A DNA stretch of 63,849 nucleotides, the filler included, from Barthelona sp. PAP020 (lineage: Eukaryota), in the NCBI GenBank assembly GCA_040182905.1. It is 4 parts of 4 records of this genome, joined end to end, with 100 filler letters (N's around TTAATTAATTAA, not from the genome) between each part and the next. Parts side by side here need not be neighbours in the genome. Positions count along the whole stretch, not along the records: positions 35,542 to 53,138 come from JARQWU010000239.1; positions 53,239 to 63,849 come from JARQWU010000395.1; 2 more parts are not named here. The stretch is one strand, 5' to 3'. How positions within the stretch are numbered: the stretch's first letter is position 1; the number at the start of each line of letters is the position of its first letter. The notes under the pieces are model-generated. The model had not been told where the DNA came from and searched no databases. It was given only the letters and a program-made list of their open reading frames with translations. This document shows, one piece after another, positions 50,879-61,177 of this stretch. The position numbers and the translations under genes were made by a program.

Positions 50879-52990
50879 ATGGATTTTTTTGAACTATCAA
50901 GGGCAAAAAGTAATGAACAATTTTTGCTCAATAATGTAGAATGTATCAAAAACAAATATGATACTTTGGATGTTGATACACTTTTTAGAGATAATGCTTT
51001 AGTAGCTCAAGATGTTCATGAAAAAAGAAGATTAAAATGGTTTAGGTTCGAAAAGTGGATTGTTGCAATTGTTACTGGAATATTAATGGGTATTATTGTT
51101 TCTTTATTGGAATATGGTTTGACTGCTGTTGGTACATTTAGAACAAAGATTGTGTATAGACTCTTATTTAGTTACAATAGTTTGCCTGCATTTTTATTCT
51201 TTTTATTTTTCAATTTAATTTGTTCATCTATTGGATATGCTACGACAGAATTTGTATCCAAAGAAGGACAAGGATCAGGCTTACCATCATTGCAAGCTTT
51301 TTTAAATGGAGTAAACATTCCTAACATTGTTTCTGCATCAACTCTATTTTCAAGAGTCTTTGGGTATTTTTATGCGGGAATTGCAAGTTTAGTTGTTGGT
51401 TGTGCTGGACCTTTAGTTCACACAGGTGCTATTGTTTCTAATTTAATTGCAGATATTGGGAAGTACTCCACACGTTTTGGGAAAAATTTATTCAGCTCTT
51501 TTTCGTCGGATGCAGCAAGACAGGAATGTATTGTATGGGGAACTGCTGCAGGAATTGCCGGTGCATATGGTTCACCAACTGGGGCTGCATTATTTGCAAT
51601 TGATAATTTGTTGGGACCTTCTAAGCCAAGTCTTATTTTTCGATCTTATATATCAACTGTTTGCACCGTGTTGACTACTCAATATTTTACTGGGTTGCTT
51701 CACTCTGCTGAACCACGTCCTGGATTGTTTTCCTTTGGTTCTTTTGCTACTCCCACTGTTAAATATGATGATTATTTGGTATTTGCTATTGTTGGTCTTT
51801 TTGGTGGAATTTTAGGGGGTGTCTTTTGTAATCTTTCAAAATGGCTGTCAACATGGAAGTCAATGAAGAAGCATCCGTTTTGGGAAGTGATATTTATCAC
51901 TGTGATCACCAGTTTGATTTGGTTTATTGTTCCTCTTGTAAGTCCACAGTGTCAGAATATTGATTATGCCACAAGAGAAATTGAAGAGTTTACTTGTCCA
52001 CCTGGTCAATTTTCAAATACAGCGGCTTTATTCTATTCAACACATCCAATAACAATGCGTTTCTTGCTACATACAACCAACAGAGTTCCTGCAAATGCGT
52101 TGATTCTTTTTTTATTGTCAATATTTATTCTTGGTGCATACACGGGATCAGGTATTGCTCTTTCGGGTGGTTTATGGGTCACAGCTATGCTTATTGGTGC
52201 CACTGGTGGAAGACTTTTTGGAGAATTCCTTCCTGAAATTCAAAGACTGACAGGCTGGGAAATTAGTACAAGTTGTGAAGTTGTAGCCTGGGTTGGTGCA
52301 TCTGCTGTTGCTGGTGCAATATTTCGATCCTCTTTGTCGTTAATTCTGATGATGGTTGAAGCAACGTGGAATATTCAATTTACAGTTCCCATTGTAATTG
52401 CTGTCTTTGTTTCAAGATTCACATCTCGAGCCATCACAAAGATGAAAGGATTTAACGATTTAACTTTCAACAATTTGGATATTCCCATCTTATCCAGTGA
52501 ACCTAATGAACAAATGTATGGAAAGGTGGCATCTAACATCATGAGCCGAGACGTTGTCAGTTTGGATCTAGTAACCTCTGGAGCAAAAATTTATCATGTT
52601 CTCACCACCTGTCATCACAACGGCTTTCCAATTCTGAAAGATAAGAAATTTTTAGGCTTTATCAAGCGTTCTGATTTGATATATTTATTAATCAATTTGA
52701 ATTCCATATCACTACATCCATTAGTCTTTTTAAGAAACCAAAAACAAAAGGATTATCCAAATTACAAGACTATTGATGATGTAAAGTTTAATTCCCAGTT
52801 TGATACGCCTGTTGATCTTTCACCTTTTGTCATGACAAATTCAATGTGCGTGGAAAAACATACCACATTGGCTTCGGTTCATCATATGTTCGTCAGTCTT
52901 GCTTGCAGACATATTGCTGTGGTGAATACTGAATACAATGTAATTGGTGTTATAACCAGAACAGATATTGCAAATGCGATTAATAAATAG
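50879..52990 (+). CDS. CLC chloride channel/transporter with two CBS domains (CLC-6/7-like, divergent)
   Basis: GSGLP..AFLNGV, GCAGPLVH, GTAAGIAGAYGSPTG, CPPGQFSNTA, HNGFP, ACRHI.VV. Confidence 0.92.
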   Translation: MDFFELSRAKSNEQFLLNNVECIKNKYDTLDVDTLFRDNALVAQDVHEKRRLKWFRFEKWIVAIVTGILMGIIVSLLEYGLTAVGTFRTKIVYRLLFSYNSLPAFLFFLFFNLICSSIGYATTEFVSKEGQGSGLPSLQAFLNGVNIPNIVSASTLFSRVFGYFYAGIASLVVGCAGPLVHTGAIVSNLIADIGKYSTRFGKNLFSSFSSDAARQECIVWGTAAGIAGAYGSPTGAALFAIDNLLGPSKPSLIFRSYISTVCTVLTTQYFTGLLHSAEPRPGLFSFGSFATPTVKYDDYLVFAIVGLFGGILGGVFCNLSKWLSTWKSMKKHPFWEVIFITVITSLIWFIVPLVSPQCQNIDYATREIEEFTCPPGQFSNTAALFYSTHPITMRFLLHTTNRVPANALILFLLSIFILGAYTGSGIALSGGLWVTAMLIGATGGRLFGEFLPEIQRLTGWEISTSCEVVAWVGASAVAGAIFRSSLSLILMMVEATWNIQFTVPIVIAVFVSRFTSRAITKMKGFNDLTFNNLDIPILSSEPNEQMYGKVASNIMSRDVVSLDLVTSGAKIYHVLTTCHHNGFPILKDKKFLGFIKRSDLIYLLINLNSISLHPLVFLRNQKQKDYPNYKTIDDVKFNSQFDTPVDLSPFVMTNSMCVEKHTTLASVHHMFVSLACRHIAVVNTEYNVIGVITRTDIANAINK

Positions 52991-53026
52991 TTAATAAATA
53001 GTGCTGATTTTTTATGAAAAACTGGA

Positions 53027-53105
53027 TTTCACAGAAAACACAATATAAATGTGTTTAAGGTTTCTTCTTGCAATTTCTGATATTAATGGATATCAAAATT
53101 GAAAG
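53027..53105 (+). repeat. Dispersed repeat, copy 2
   Basis: Matches 36013-36079 (reverse) and 61088-61168. Confidence 0.92.
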
Positions 53106-53138
53106 TGAAATAACAACAAAGAATCAAATGATTCAGGG

Positions 53139-53238
53139 NNNNNNNNNNNNNNNNNNNNNNNNNNNNNNNNNNNNNNNNNNNNTTAATTAATTAANNNNNN
53201 NNNNNNNNNNNNNNNNNNNNNNNNNNNNNNNNNNNNNN
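53139..53238. other. Artificial contig linker
   Basis: N44-TTAATTAATTAA-N44. Confidence 0.98.
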
Positions 53239-53359
53239 ATCGTCTTCGTTTCATCATTGATGATTCTGAACTTGATGAATAATTCGGTTTATTATTATAG
53301 TTTAATATAATAGTATTAAATAAAAATAAGAATGGTTTTTATTTTTTTATTCATGACAA

Positions 53360-54187
53360 TCACATTGTCTTCTTTGCTCTAGAACTATCAATAAAAACAG
53401 GTTCAACATTTTCGTAAGATACAATACCAATTGATTGATTACCTGAACGTGAGGCATAATGAGATTTTAAAAAATTCATTAAATGTCTTAAAATTGGGTC
53501 ATTTACAGTATGTTCAAGATTAAATTTCCATTGCAAATCATTTAAAACTTTTTCTTTGGCTTTTTCTTTGATAAAATCAGTGTGTTTATCCCTAATATGA
53601 TTTTCAACATAGTTTTTGTCAATAAAAGGTGTTTCACACAATTTGGAATCTGAGCCAGCTGTTAAAGCAGGATTCATCTTATTTTGCAAGGATGGTGCAA
53701 TACAAGTCCAACAATAATGTTCATCATCAACTTTTGTCACCTCATAATATTGAGAAAAATCAAAATTTTCAAGCTCTTTTTGGATTAATTTTTCAACATA
53801 CGGTCTTTCTATTTCAGTAAGGTCTTCAAAATCTAGTTTCTCTGTTTTGATTGATTTATCATTCAAAGACTTTTCATACCATTCTAACAATAATTCTTCT
53901 GGTTTTTTGTTTCGATTTTCTCTCACAAAATCGGCAAATGAACGTGAGTTATCAAAAGAACTTTCATAGGAAGAACGATGTTCAGGTGCCCTTTTAGGAG
54001 CATTGGTATGATCTCTGCGTTGATTGTATGATTGTTGTTGATGATAACTTTGTCTAGATCTATAGTTTTTTGAACTATCGTCTTCTGGAGTACGTGACCA
54101 TGCACCACTACGCCCTTTTGTTGATCGATTTGGAGCTTGTGATGGTCTATTCATAAAAAATTGTTTATTCTTTTTTTTTTCTTGCAT
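53360..54187 (-). CDS. Short SERRATE/Ars2-like zinc-finger protein
   Basis: WTC...CETPFIDKNYVENHIRDKHTDFI, FNLEHTVNDP and terminal IVSYENVE resemble the Ars2 C-terminal motifs. Confidence 0.6.
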   Translation of the reverse strand: MQEKKKNKQFFMNRPSQAPNRSTKGRSGAWSRTPEDDSSKNYRSRQSYHQQQSYNQRRDHTNAPKRAPEHRSSYESSFDNSRSFADFVRENRNKKPEELLLEWYEKSLNDKSIKTEKLDFEDLTEIERPYVEKLIQKELENFDFSQYYEVTKVDDEHYCWTCIAPSLQNKMNPALTAGSDSKLCETPFIDKNYVENHIRDKHTDFIKEKAKEKVLNDLQWKFNLEHTVNDPILRHLMNFLKSHYASRSGNQSIGIVSYENVEPVFIDSSRAKKTM

Positions 54188-54327
54188 TTTTACAATTTTT
54201 TCTATTTGTCAAAAAAAATAAAAAGCACTATTTGAAAAACAAAAAATTTGGGTTCATTCCAAGAAAGGAAGTGGATTTGAAAATTTTTTTTTTTTGATGA
54301 TTATTAATTGAATACATATAGAATACC

Positions 54328-56718
54328 ATGACAGATGCAAAAACACTGTTTAAAAGTGTTTATGATTACATAATTGAAACGATATTGACAGATTATCGTT
54401 ACGTTCAAGGATTATGTTATTGTAATGATTTAATGAATGAAAGAGAAGGAGTTGACGGATTATTTGAAATTTGCAGTGTAAATGAGAGTTTTCAAATTGA
54501 CTTTGTCATTGCTGGATTGTACTCAGAATTTGAATTATTTGAAGAAAACCCCAGTCATGGGATATTAAGAATGAATTCGATAGCGTCGGGATTATTGGGA
54601 AAATTAACAAATTTACCCTACTGTAAGTATTATTTAGACTATACATTCAACTCTTTGGTTGATGATATTCTTAACGATCCTGATTTTGATATTGAAGTTG
54701 ATCCAAAGAGGATGTATAAAATTGAAGATGAAGAAGAAAAGATGAAGCTTGTTGAACGACATTTTGATAGTTTGACAGCATGGGCAACTTTATTTCTTGA
54801 TAAAATGACAGATGATGAGAGTATAGAAAGATTACCGGCTGCGATTAAGATTATAGCTGCTAAAATGGTATTATTCTCCAAACAAATTGGAGAATTTTCT
54901 GAAGAACTTTTTGCGAGGTTTTTAGGTGCCATGATAAGTCTTAGATTTATTACTCCTGCTATAGCTATGCCTGATGCATTATATGTTACCACCCGAAGCG
55001 ACTTTACAAATGAGCATCGCAGAGGATTTTTGCTCATTTCCAAATTGATGCAGGCGATTGCAAATGCTCAAAAGTTTGAAATAAAGGAAGCATTTTTGAA
55101 ACCAATGAATCATTGGATTGAGGCAAAGATTCCCCAGTATCAAGCATTTCTTTTAAAAGTTGCTGAGGCTGGAAATAATATCATAACTCATCCAACGCGT
55201 CATTTTCATTCATTAAGTTCAGGAAGGTACAATATTAAACTGTTGCAAGAATTTCACAAATATATTTATTGCAATCGAGAAGGTTTAGCACAGTATGTTT
55301 ATTCTCATCCAAAGGATTGTTATGGAAATGTATATTCAAATGATACAACGTCTCCATTTGAATTTTTAAGTATCATTGGAGAACCTATGGACTTTGATTA
55401 TAGTTGTTCTCAACATTCTAAGGTCAAAGATATTAGCCACGCTGAAATAGAAAAAATGAACTTGATTAAGGAAGAATATTTAGGTATTTCTTTGAATGCA
55501 CCTGAAATATTGGCTGAATTTGATGAAATGGTGAGTTTAGGGTTCTTTTATAGAGGATTAAAAACGAAGAGTGGTTGTTTGACTTTTTATTTAAATTTTG
55601 AAACATTTCTGAAGATTTTACCAAACGTTAATCATATATTATTGATAAGATTCATTGGACATGTATTATCACAGGCTATCGAAATGAAATGGGCTTTGGT
55701 AATTGATTTAAGTTGGATTTCAAAGATTTCAAAGATGACTTTTACCATTGTCGAAAGATTGATTACCATAATTAAAGAATGCCTTATGGATGAATTGTTA
55801 CAATCCATTGATAGCGTGTTTCTATTACAATGTCCCAAAAAAGATTCGCTAATTGTTGAGTCTATATTAAAATTCTTTCCAATGAAAAATGTGAATTTTG
55901 TTTTAATATCTTCTTGGAGCAAGCTGTTGGAACATTTTACCAGTCAAACATTGTTATTACCTATAAGCACCATAAATGCTCTCACCGTTGATGAACGGTT
56001 GCCTTCCTTTGAAACGACAATAACCGTTGAATCAGAAAATGATAAAATGTTTTTATCCAGTGATGTGACCAAGACTGGTAAGTATTCAAACGATTGCAAT
56101 GTTCTTTTAACATCAATGTATTTGGTTATATCATACAAAAATAAGAATATTGGCATGTTTCCTCATAGTTTAACCAATCATGTGTCAATCAATGATGAAA
56201 GTTTGACATTATGTTCTGCTATTTATGAAGTAACTGTCAATTTCAATGATCAACATCTTTTGACTGAATTTGTTCATAAATTTATGACAATTATGAAAAA
56301 AGTTGAAAGAATATATGGCGATTTTAAAGGCGAAATTGAAAGTTTGAATGGTTTCAGCAAAAAGAGAGAGATATTGTTTACATTTGATGATATAATTATT
56401 GAAAAAAAGAACGAATTCATTGAATATATTGATTATGCCGCAGTAGAGACAGTAGAGATTGAAAACAAAAGCCAAATAAATTTTAAAATGAAAAATGATG
56501 AAATTCTTTCATTTGTGGGGGAGTTTGATGTATTGGATTCAATTTTGAAGAGTTATCATGCTGTTCACAGTGTTTGTATGAGTTATAGAAAAGAAATACA
56601 TGAAAAATCTATTCGCTGGAAACCTTTGTTTAAACCTTTGGAAGATATGCTGAATGTTGTTTCAAATTCAATTGGTGATAAAGAAATCTTGATGGAAAAT
56701 CCTTTGTCAACAAATTAA
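54328..56718 (+). CDS. RasGAP with Sec14-like and PH-like domains (neurofibromin-like)
   Basis: Arg finger LRMNSIAS, EVDPKR, SLRFITPAIAMP, RRGFLLISKLMQAIAN, KEAFLKPMN; FFYRG.K.K.G...LVIDLS (Sec14-like). Confidence 0.85.
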   Translation: MTDAKTLFKSVYDYIIETILTDYRYVQGLCYCNDLMNEREGVDGLFEICSVNESFQIDFVIAGLYSEFELFEENPSHGILRMNSIASGLLGKLTNLPYCKYYLDYTFNSLVDDILNDPDFDIEVDPKRMYKIEDEEEKMKLVERHFDSLTAWATLFLDKMTDDESIERLPAAIKIIAAKMVLFSKQIGEFSEELFARFLGAMISLRFITPAIAMPDALYVTTRSDFTNEHRRGFLLISKLMQAIANAQKFEIKEAFLKPMNHWIEAKIPQYQAFLLKVAEAGNNIITHPTRHFHSLSSGRYNIKLLQEFHKYIYCNREGLAQYVYSHPKDCYGNVYSNDTTSPFEFLSIIGEPMDFDYSCSQHSKVKDISHAEIEKMNLIKEEYLGISLNAPEILAEFDEMVSLGFFYRGLKTKSGCLTFYLNFETFLKILPNVNHILLIRFIGHVLSQAIEMKWALVIDLSWISKISKMTFTIVERLITIIKECLMDELLQSIDSVFLLQCPKKDSLIVESILKFFPMKNVNFVLISSWSKLLEHFTSQTLLLPISTINALTVDERLPSFETTITVESENDKMFLSSDVTKTGKYSNDCNVLLTSMYLVISYKNKNIGMFPHSLTNHVSINDESLTLCSAIYEVTVNFNDQHLLTEFVHKFMTIMKKVERIYGDFKGEIESLNGFSKKREILFTFDDIIIEKKNEFIEYIDYAAVETVEIENKSQINFKMKNDEILSFVGEFDVLDSILKSYHAVHSVCMSYRKEIHEKSIRWKPLFKPLEDMLNVVSNSIGDKEILMENPLSTN

Positions 56719-56813
56719 TGTTTGTGTTATAATATTTATGGCTGTTGTTATGTGATAAATACCTTTTTTTATTTTGTTTCATTACTTTTTTGAACTTTTT
56801 ATTTTTGTATATT

Positions 56814-57932
56814 ATGAATAATACAGGTCTACAAAAACCATTTTTAGAATTAAGACCAAAAACCACAACGATTGCGTTTGATACACACAAAACTACAAAT
56901 GTAAATCCAAATCCAATGTGTCGAAAGTCAAAAGTTTCAACAATACCAATTAGACCAATAGAAGATATAGAAAATATTAAATTTCAAAAGATATATAAAA
57001 AACAAAACACAGATGCAATTCAAACAGAAAACATTCTCGCTTATATATCATACTTTGTTAATGAAGAACTACCATTTATGAATAAGATTTTAATGGAAAG
57101 ATACATTGAAGATTTAACCGATGAAGAAAAGAGATTGAGAAAATATGTAACCAAATTTTATGATTCCATTCTTCATTGGAAAAACATACCACATCCAGCT
57201 AATGATAGGAAATATAGAGAATGGTTGAGTCAAAATGATGATCTTGAATATTCGCCCAAGAAATTAGAGACAGTTTCTCCAACCCCTTCAAATTGTACAA
57301 ACCCAATTGTTCAAAGAGTTTTAGACGATAAAAACAATTTAATAACAAATGAAAACAGATTTAATATCACAAAAAGAGATGACCACAATTTTGACCTTGA
57401 TGACCGTTTAATTCCACAGGATGATCACATATGGTATGCTACAAGATTTCACAATCAGGCAATCGATTCATTAAATGAGTTAAGCATCACCAGAAGAAAT
57501 ATTCCAACATTTGTTCAGACTTATAACAATGATGTTTCCACAATAGCAACAAATACTGAATTGGATGTTGAAAATGAGATTCACCAAAGGCCTCCAAGAA
57601 CCACAATAAACGAAGATTTGAAAAACCATGTGGAGTCGTTGCAAATTAATCGTAAAAATTTTCCAATTAATGAAACGTATACATTTGAAGAAAAAAATGA
57701 TCTGTTGGACAGTTATAGGGGATATTTGACAAAATTGCGAGAAGAAGAAAATAACATTTTACAGAAAAAAACTACAATTGAACTTGAGAAAACACGTGGA
57801 CCGAAACCTTATTGGTACACTTCAAGAAGCACAGAATTTCATGAAGAAATGAAAAAGTCTTTACGTCCCAAACAATTGAAAAAAGCAATTGGCAAATACA
57901 GGTCAAGCATTAAAAAACCGTGGAATGGTTAG
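56814..57932 (+). CDS. Hypothetical protein (~372 aa)
   Basis: Long ORF; first ATG at 56814. Confidence 0.75.
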   Translation: MNNTGLQKPFLELRPKTTTIAFDTHKTTNVNPNPMCRKSKVSTIPIRPIEDIENIKFQKIYKKQNTDAIQTENILAYISYFVNEELPFMNKILMERYIEDLTDEEKRLRKYVTKFYDSILHWKNIPHPANDRKYREWLSQNDDLEYSPKKLETVSPTPSNCTNPIVQRVLDDKNNLITNENRFNITKRDDHNFDLDDRLIPQDDHIWYATRFHNQAIDSLNELSITRRNIPTFVQTYNNDVSTIATNTELDVENEIHQRPPRTTINEDLKNHVESLQINRKNFPINETYTFEEKNDLLDSYRGYLTKLREEENNILQKKTTIELEKTRGPKPYWYTSRSTEFHEEMKKSLRPKQLKKAIGKYRSSIKKPWNG

Positions 57933-58107
57933 AAAATAAACACATTAAATAATTTTTTCTTTATACAGTTTTTCCTATCATTTAATATCATACATATCCT
58001 GATCTGGAGTCAAATTTTAATAAAATTGAGAAAGAAATGGTAAAAATAAAAAGAAAAAAAATTCAACAAAAAGAAAAAAATTTTCTTTCTTCAAACATTT
58101 TTTGATA

Positions 58108-58422
58108 ATGCAATACTGTGCTGCTTACCTTCTCGCCGCTATGGGTGGTGAATCCAATCCTTCTGAAAAGACAATTGTCAGTATTTTAGATGCTGCTTCT
58201 ATCGATGCTGATGCTGACAAATTAACCAGTTTACTTTCCAAATTGGAAGGAAAGACTGCTGAAGAAGTCCTTGCTTTAGGTCTTGAAAAGATGTCTTCCG
58301 TTCCTTCTGGTGCTGGTGCCTCTGTTGAAACTACTGCTGCTCCTGCCGTTGCCGAACAACAAGAAGATGAAGAAGAAGAAGAAGAAGAAGAATCTTCTGA
58401 TTTCGGTATTGGTTTCCTCTAA
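58108..58422 (+). CDS. RPLP2: 60S acidic ribosomal protein P2
   Basis: MQYCAAYLLAAMGG..PS...I..IL...LLSKLEGK...G.EKMSSVPSG, Ala hinge and acidic tail; strongly biased codons. Confidence 0.95.
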   Translation: MQYCAAYLLAAMGGESNPSEKTIVSILDAASIDADADKLTSLLSKLEGKTAEEVLALGLEKMSSVPSGAGASVETTAAPAVAEQQEDEEEEEEEESSDFGIGFL

Positions 58423-58597
58423 ATTGTGTGAATCCCGGAAAATGATAATATCTCAATTCATTCTCTGAATATTTATGAGAATTTTGTTAATTGAACATGC
58501 TATATATTATCACTTATTTGCAAGCACATGTTGTTTTGTTGGATAAATTTTTTTTATTCATTTTTTATTCATATTTTGAATCCATTTTTATTTGATT

Positions 58598-59610
58598 ATG
58601 ATTGATTATTACTTAATTCTTGAGATTAATAACAAGAATGCAACCCAAAAGGATATCAAGAAAGCGTACAATTTCTTCTGAATTTAAAAAATCTAACCTG
58701 TTATAGATATCGAAGATTGGCTTTAATATGGCATCCTGATAAGAATCCTAACAATAAAGAAGAAGCTACTGAAAAGTTTTCAAAAATTAATGAGGCTTAT
58801 GAAGTTTTAGGTGATCCTGAAAAAAGGGCTGTTTACGATAGATTCGGATTACAAGGATTAAAACAAGGAATTCCTAAAACCGATGGAGGAATGTATGGTG
58901 GTGATTTTGTTTTTCATGATCCATTTAGTGTTTTCGAAGAGTTTTTTGGAACCAATAATCCATTTTTTAGTTCTTTCTTTGAACCCACACAAGGTTTTTC
59001 CAATGAATTTCCTAATTCAAATATTTTTTCAAAATATTCCAAAATGGGACAAAGAAAGAATGCTCAAAAATCCGACGACATCGTCCATGAATTTAATGTT
59101 ACTCTAGAAGAATTATATAATGGTACTACAAAGCATTTGAAAGTCTCTGGTTTGAGAAGACTTTCAGAAGATCAAAGATCAGTTATTGAAATTAGTAAGA
59201 CATATAGCGTTGATATTACACCTAATTTAAGTAATGGTACTAGATTTAGATTTGAAAATGAAGGACCCTATGAGCCAGAAAATATTCAAGGCGATTTAAT
59301 ATTTGTTATGAATGTGTTGCCCCATGACAAGTTTGAAAAGGTTGAAAATAATTTGGTTCATAATGTCAAAATTACTTTAAAGGAAGCTTTATTGGGAAAG
59401 GGAATTGATGTTCATACTCTAGATGGTAGAGTTTTGAAGCTTAGTGTTTCTGATATTGTAAGCCCAAATTCAACTTTAGTTGTTGAAAGCGAAGGATTCT
59501 TCAATGAGGATTACACCCAAAAAGGAGATTTGGTTGTAAAATTCCAGGTAATTTTCCCAGCTTTCCTATCTGAAAAACAAAAGAGTTTGATTTCTCAAGC
59601 ACTTCCTTGA
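58598..59610 (+). CDS. Class B J-domain protein (DNAJB13/RSP16-like; exons 58598-58665, 58707-59610)
   Basis: Spliced [10 protein letters not shown]...[24 protein letters not shown]...[12 protein letters not shown]; DnaJ_C domains. Confidence 0.88.
58666..58706 (+). other. 41-nt spliceosomal intron
   Basis: GTACAA...TCTAAC-CTGTTATAG; removal restores KKAYR. Confidence 0.92.
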
Positions 59611-59886
59611 TTAATTCCAAACCTATTTAATCATTTTGTACTGTAATTGTTTGTTCGTAAATTGTTAGAAATAAAAGTTGACAACGTTGAAAGAAATAAA
59701 TTTTTTTTGTTTGCTATTTTCCATTTTGATTGTTTAAAAGAAGGTTAAAGAGTGCACAAAGAATGTTTGCATATCTAAAGGATCAAAAAACGCAGAATGT
59801 TAAAATCATAACAAAGAAACACGATTCAAAACAAAAAACTGTCAATAAATTTATGATTTATGAAAATGAGAACGATTGAAATATAC

Positions 59887-60487
59887 TCAGAAAGAGGAGT
59901 GTAGAAGAGCCAATATCCGAGGTTGATCTGGAGCTGAAACAACAGTTATCGTATCCTTCTGTTTATCAAAACGATTCAAGTGTAAATCCAACTCCAAGTT
60001 GGTCTGGTAACTTTTCACAAGATTCCACCTCAAATAGTCCTTTGAAACCATTAACTTTGTTGGAAAAACACGCAAAAATGGACGAAAAACCAAATCCTGC
60101 ACCAATAAAGTCCTTTCAATATCGATTAGAAGATCATATTGAAACTGCTGTCAAAGAGATAGTGATGAGTATTGATAAATGTTTGGAAGTTTCAATTGAA
60201 GGGGATTTGACTGCTGTTTTGGAGAAAAATTTGAAAAGTTTAGTTGAACAACACATTGAAAGAGTAATTGAACTCAGTGATGTCCATATAGTTTGGAAGA
60301 AAATTTAGGTAGTTGTCAAGGGTATCAAAAAAAGTTGTTGCACATGCTTTCTGATTTAGGAAGAAGAGATTATGTTGCTGATGATCAAATTAGAGAATTG
60401 GCTGTAGCTTTTACTTGCGCTCCAGATGTTAGAGCAAGATTTGAAACATTGGCATGTTTATTACTTTCAAAGATTCAAAAGAAGTAG
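59887..60487 (+). pseudogene. 5'-truncated, frameshifted copy of the 3' third of the 29224-30906 gene
   Basis: Near-identical peptide, no start context, 1-nt deletion near 60283 (GATGATCCA to GATGTCCA). Confidence 0.92.
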
Positions 60488-60746
60488 ATTTAGGCTTTGT
60501 TTATTCTTCTGAATATACAGGTGTAGGATGTATCATACTTATATGAATGTTGTACTCAAATGTGAAAATATATTTGTTTGTCATGTTCTTTGAAATATAA
60601 GACTTTTTCTGCTGTTGAAATTGAAATGGATAATAATTGTAATTTTATTTTTCTTCCTGTACGAACCTTTTCCAGAACTTGTCCAAATCAGAGTCTGAGA
60701 ATGTCAGTTGATAAATAAATAATAAACCTTAATCTTTATTTTTTTC

Positions 60747-61042
60747 GAGGGGTTTCAGCGTTCCTGAAAGGAACCTCTCTTTTTTGAGACCTACTCTTTC
60801 ATAGGCTTTCGTAGGAGAGCTACGCCCTATGTGGGGTGTGAAATATTGCATTACTATTTGCTCAAAAGGGCCTAACGTCCCGATCTCTTTAAAATTTATC
60901 CTATATGTGCAAGTTTTCATACATTCACCGTAGCTGGTCAAAAAATTGGGGAAGGTTAAAGAAAAGTTCCGTACCTCGAGGGAAAAAGGAAGAATCGGAA
61001 AATTTCGATTCGCCAAAAATAATATGTTGGTAAACAACCCTC
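60747..61042. mobile_element. Hairpin-rich ~300-nt element, copy B
   Basis: Same ends and hairpins as 31165-31462; additional stem GAATCGG/TCGATTC near the 3' end. Confidence 0.4.
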
Positions 61043-61087
61043 ATTTCTTTTTCTAATCTTTTTTTTTGTTCGTAGCAAAGGGGAAAC

Positions 61088-61177
61088 ATTTCACGCAAAA
61101 AACAATACGAATGTGTTTAAGGGTTCATCTTGCAATTTCTGAAATTAATGGGTGTCAAAATTGAAAAGTTCAAGCAG
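61088..61177 (+). repeat. Dispersed repeat, copy 3 (more diverged)
   Basis: AATGTGTTTAAGGGTTCATCTTGCAATTTCTGAAATTAATGGGTGTCAAAATTGAAAAG matches copies 1 and 2. Confidence 0.88.

Larger units (their letters stand above)
59887..61052 (+). repeat. ~1.17-kb duplicated segment, copy B
   Basis: Aligns with 30305-31472. Confidence 0.97.
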
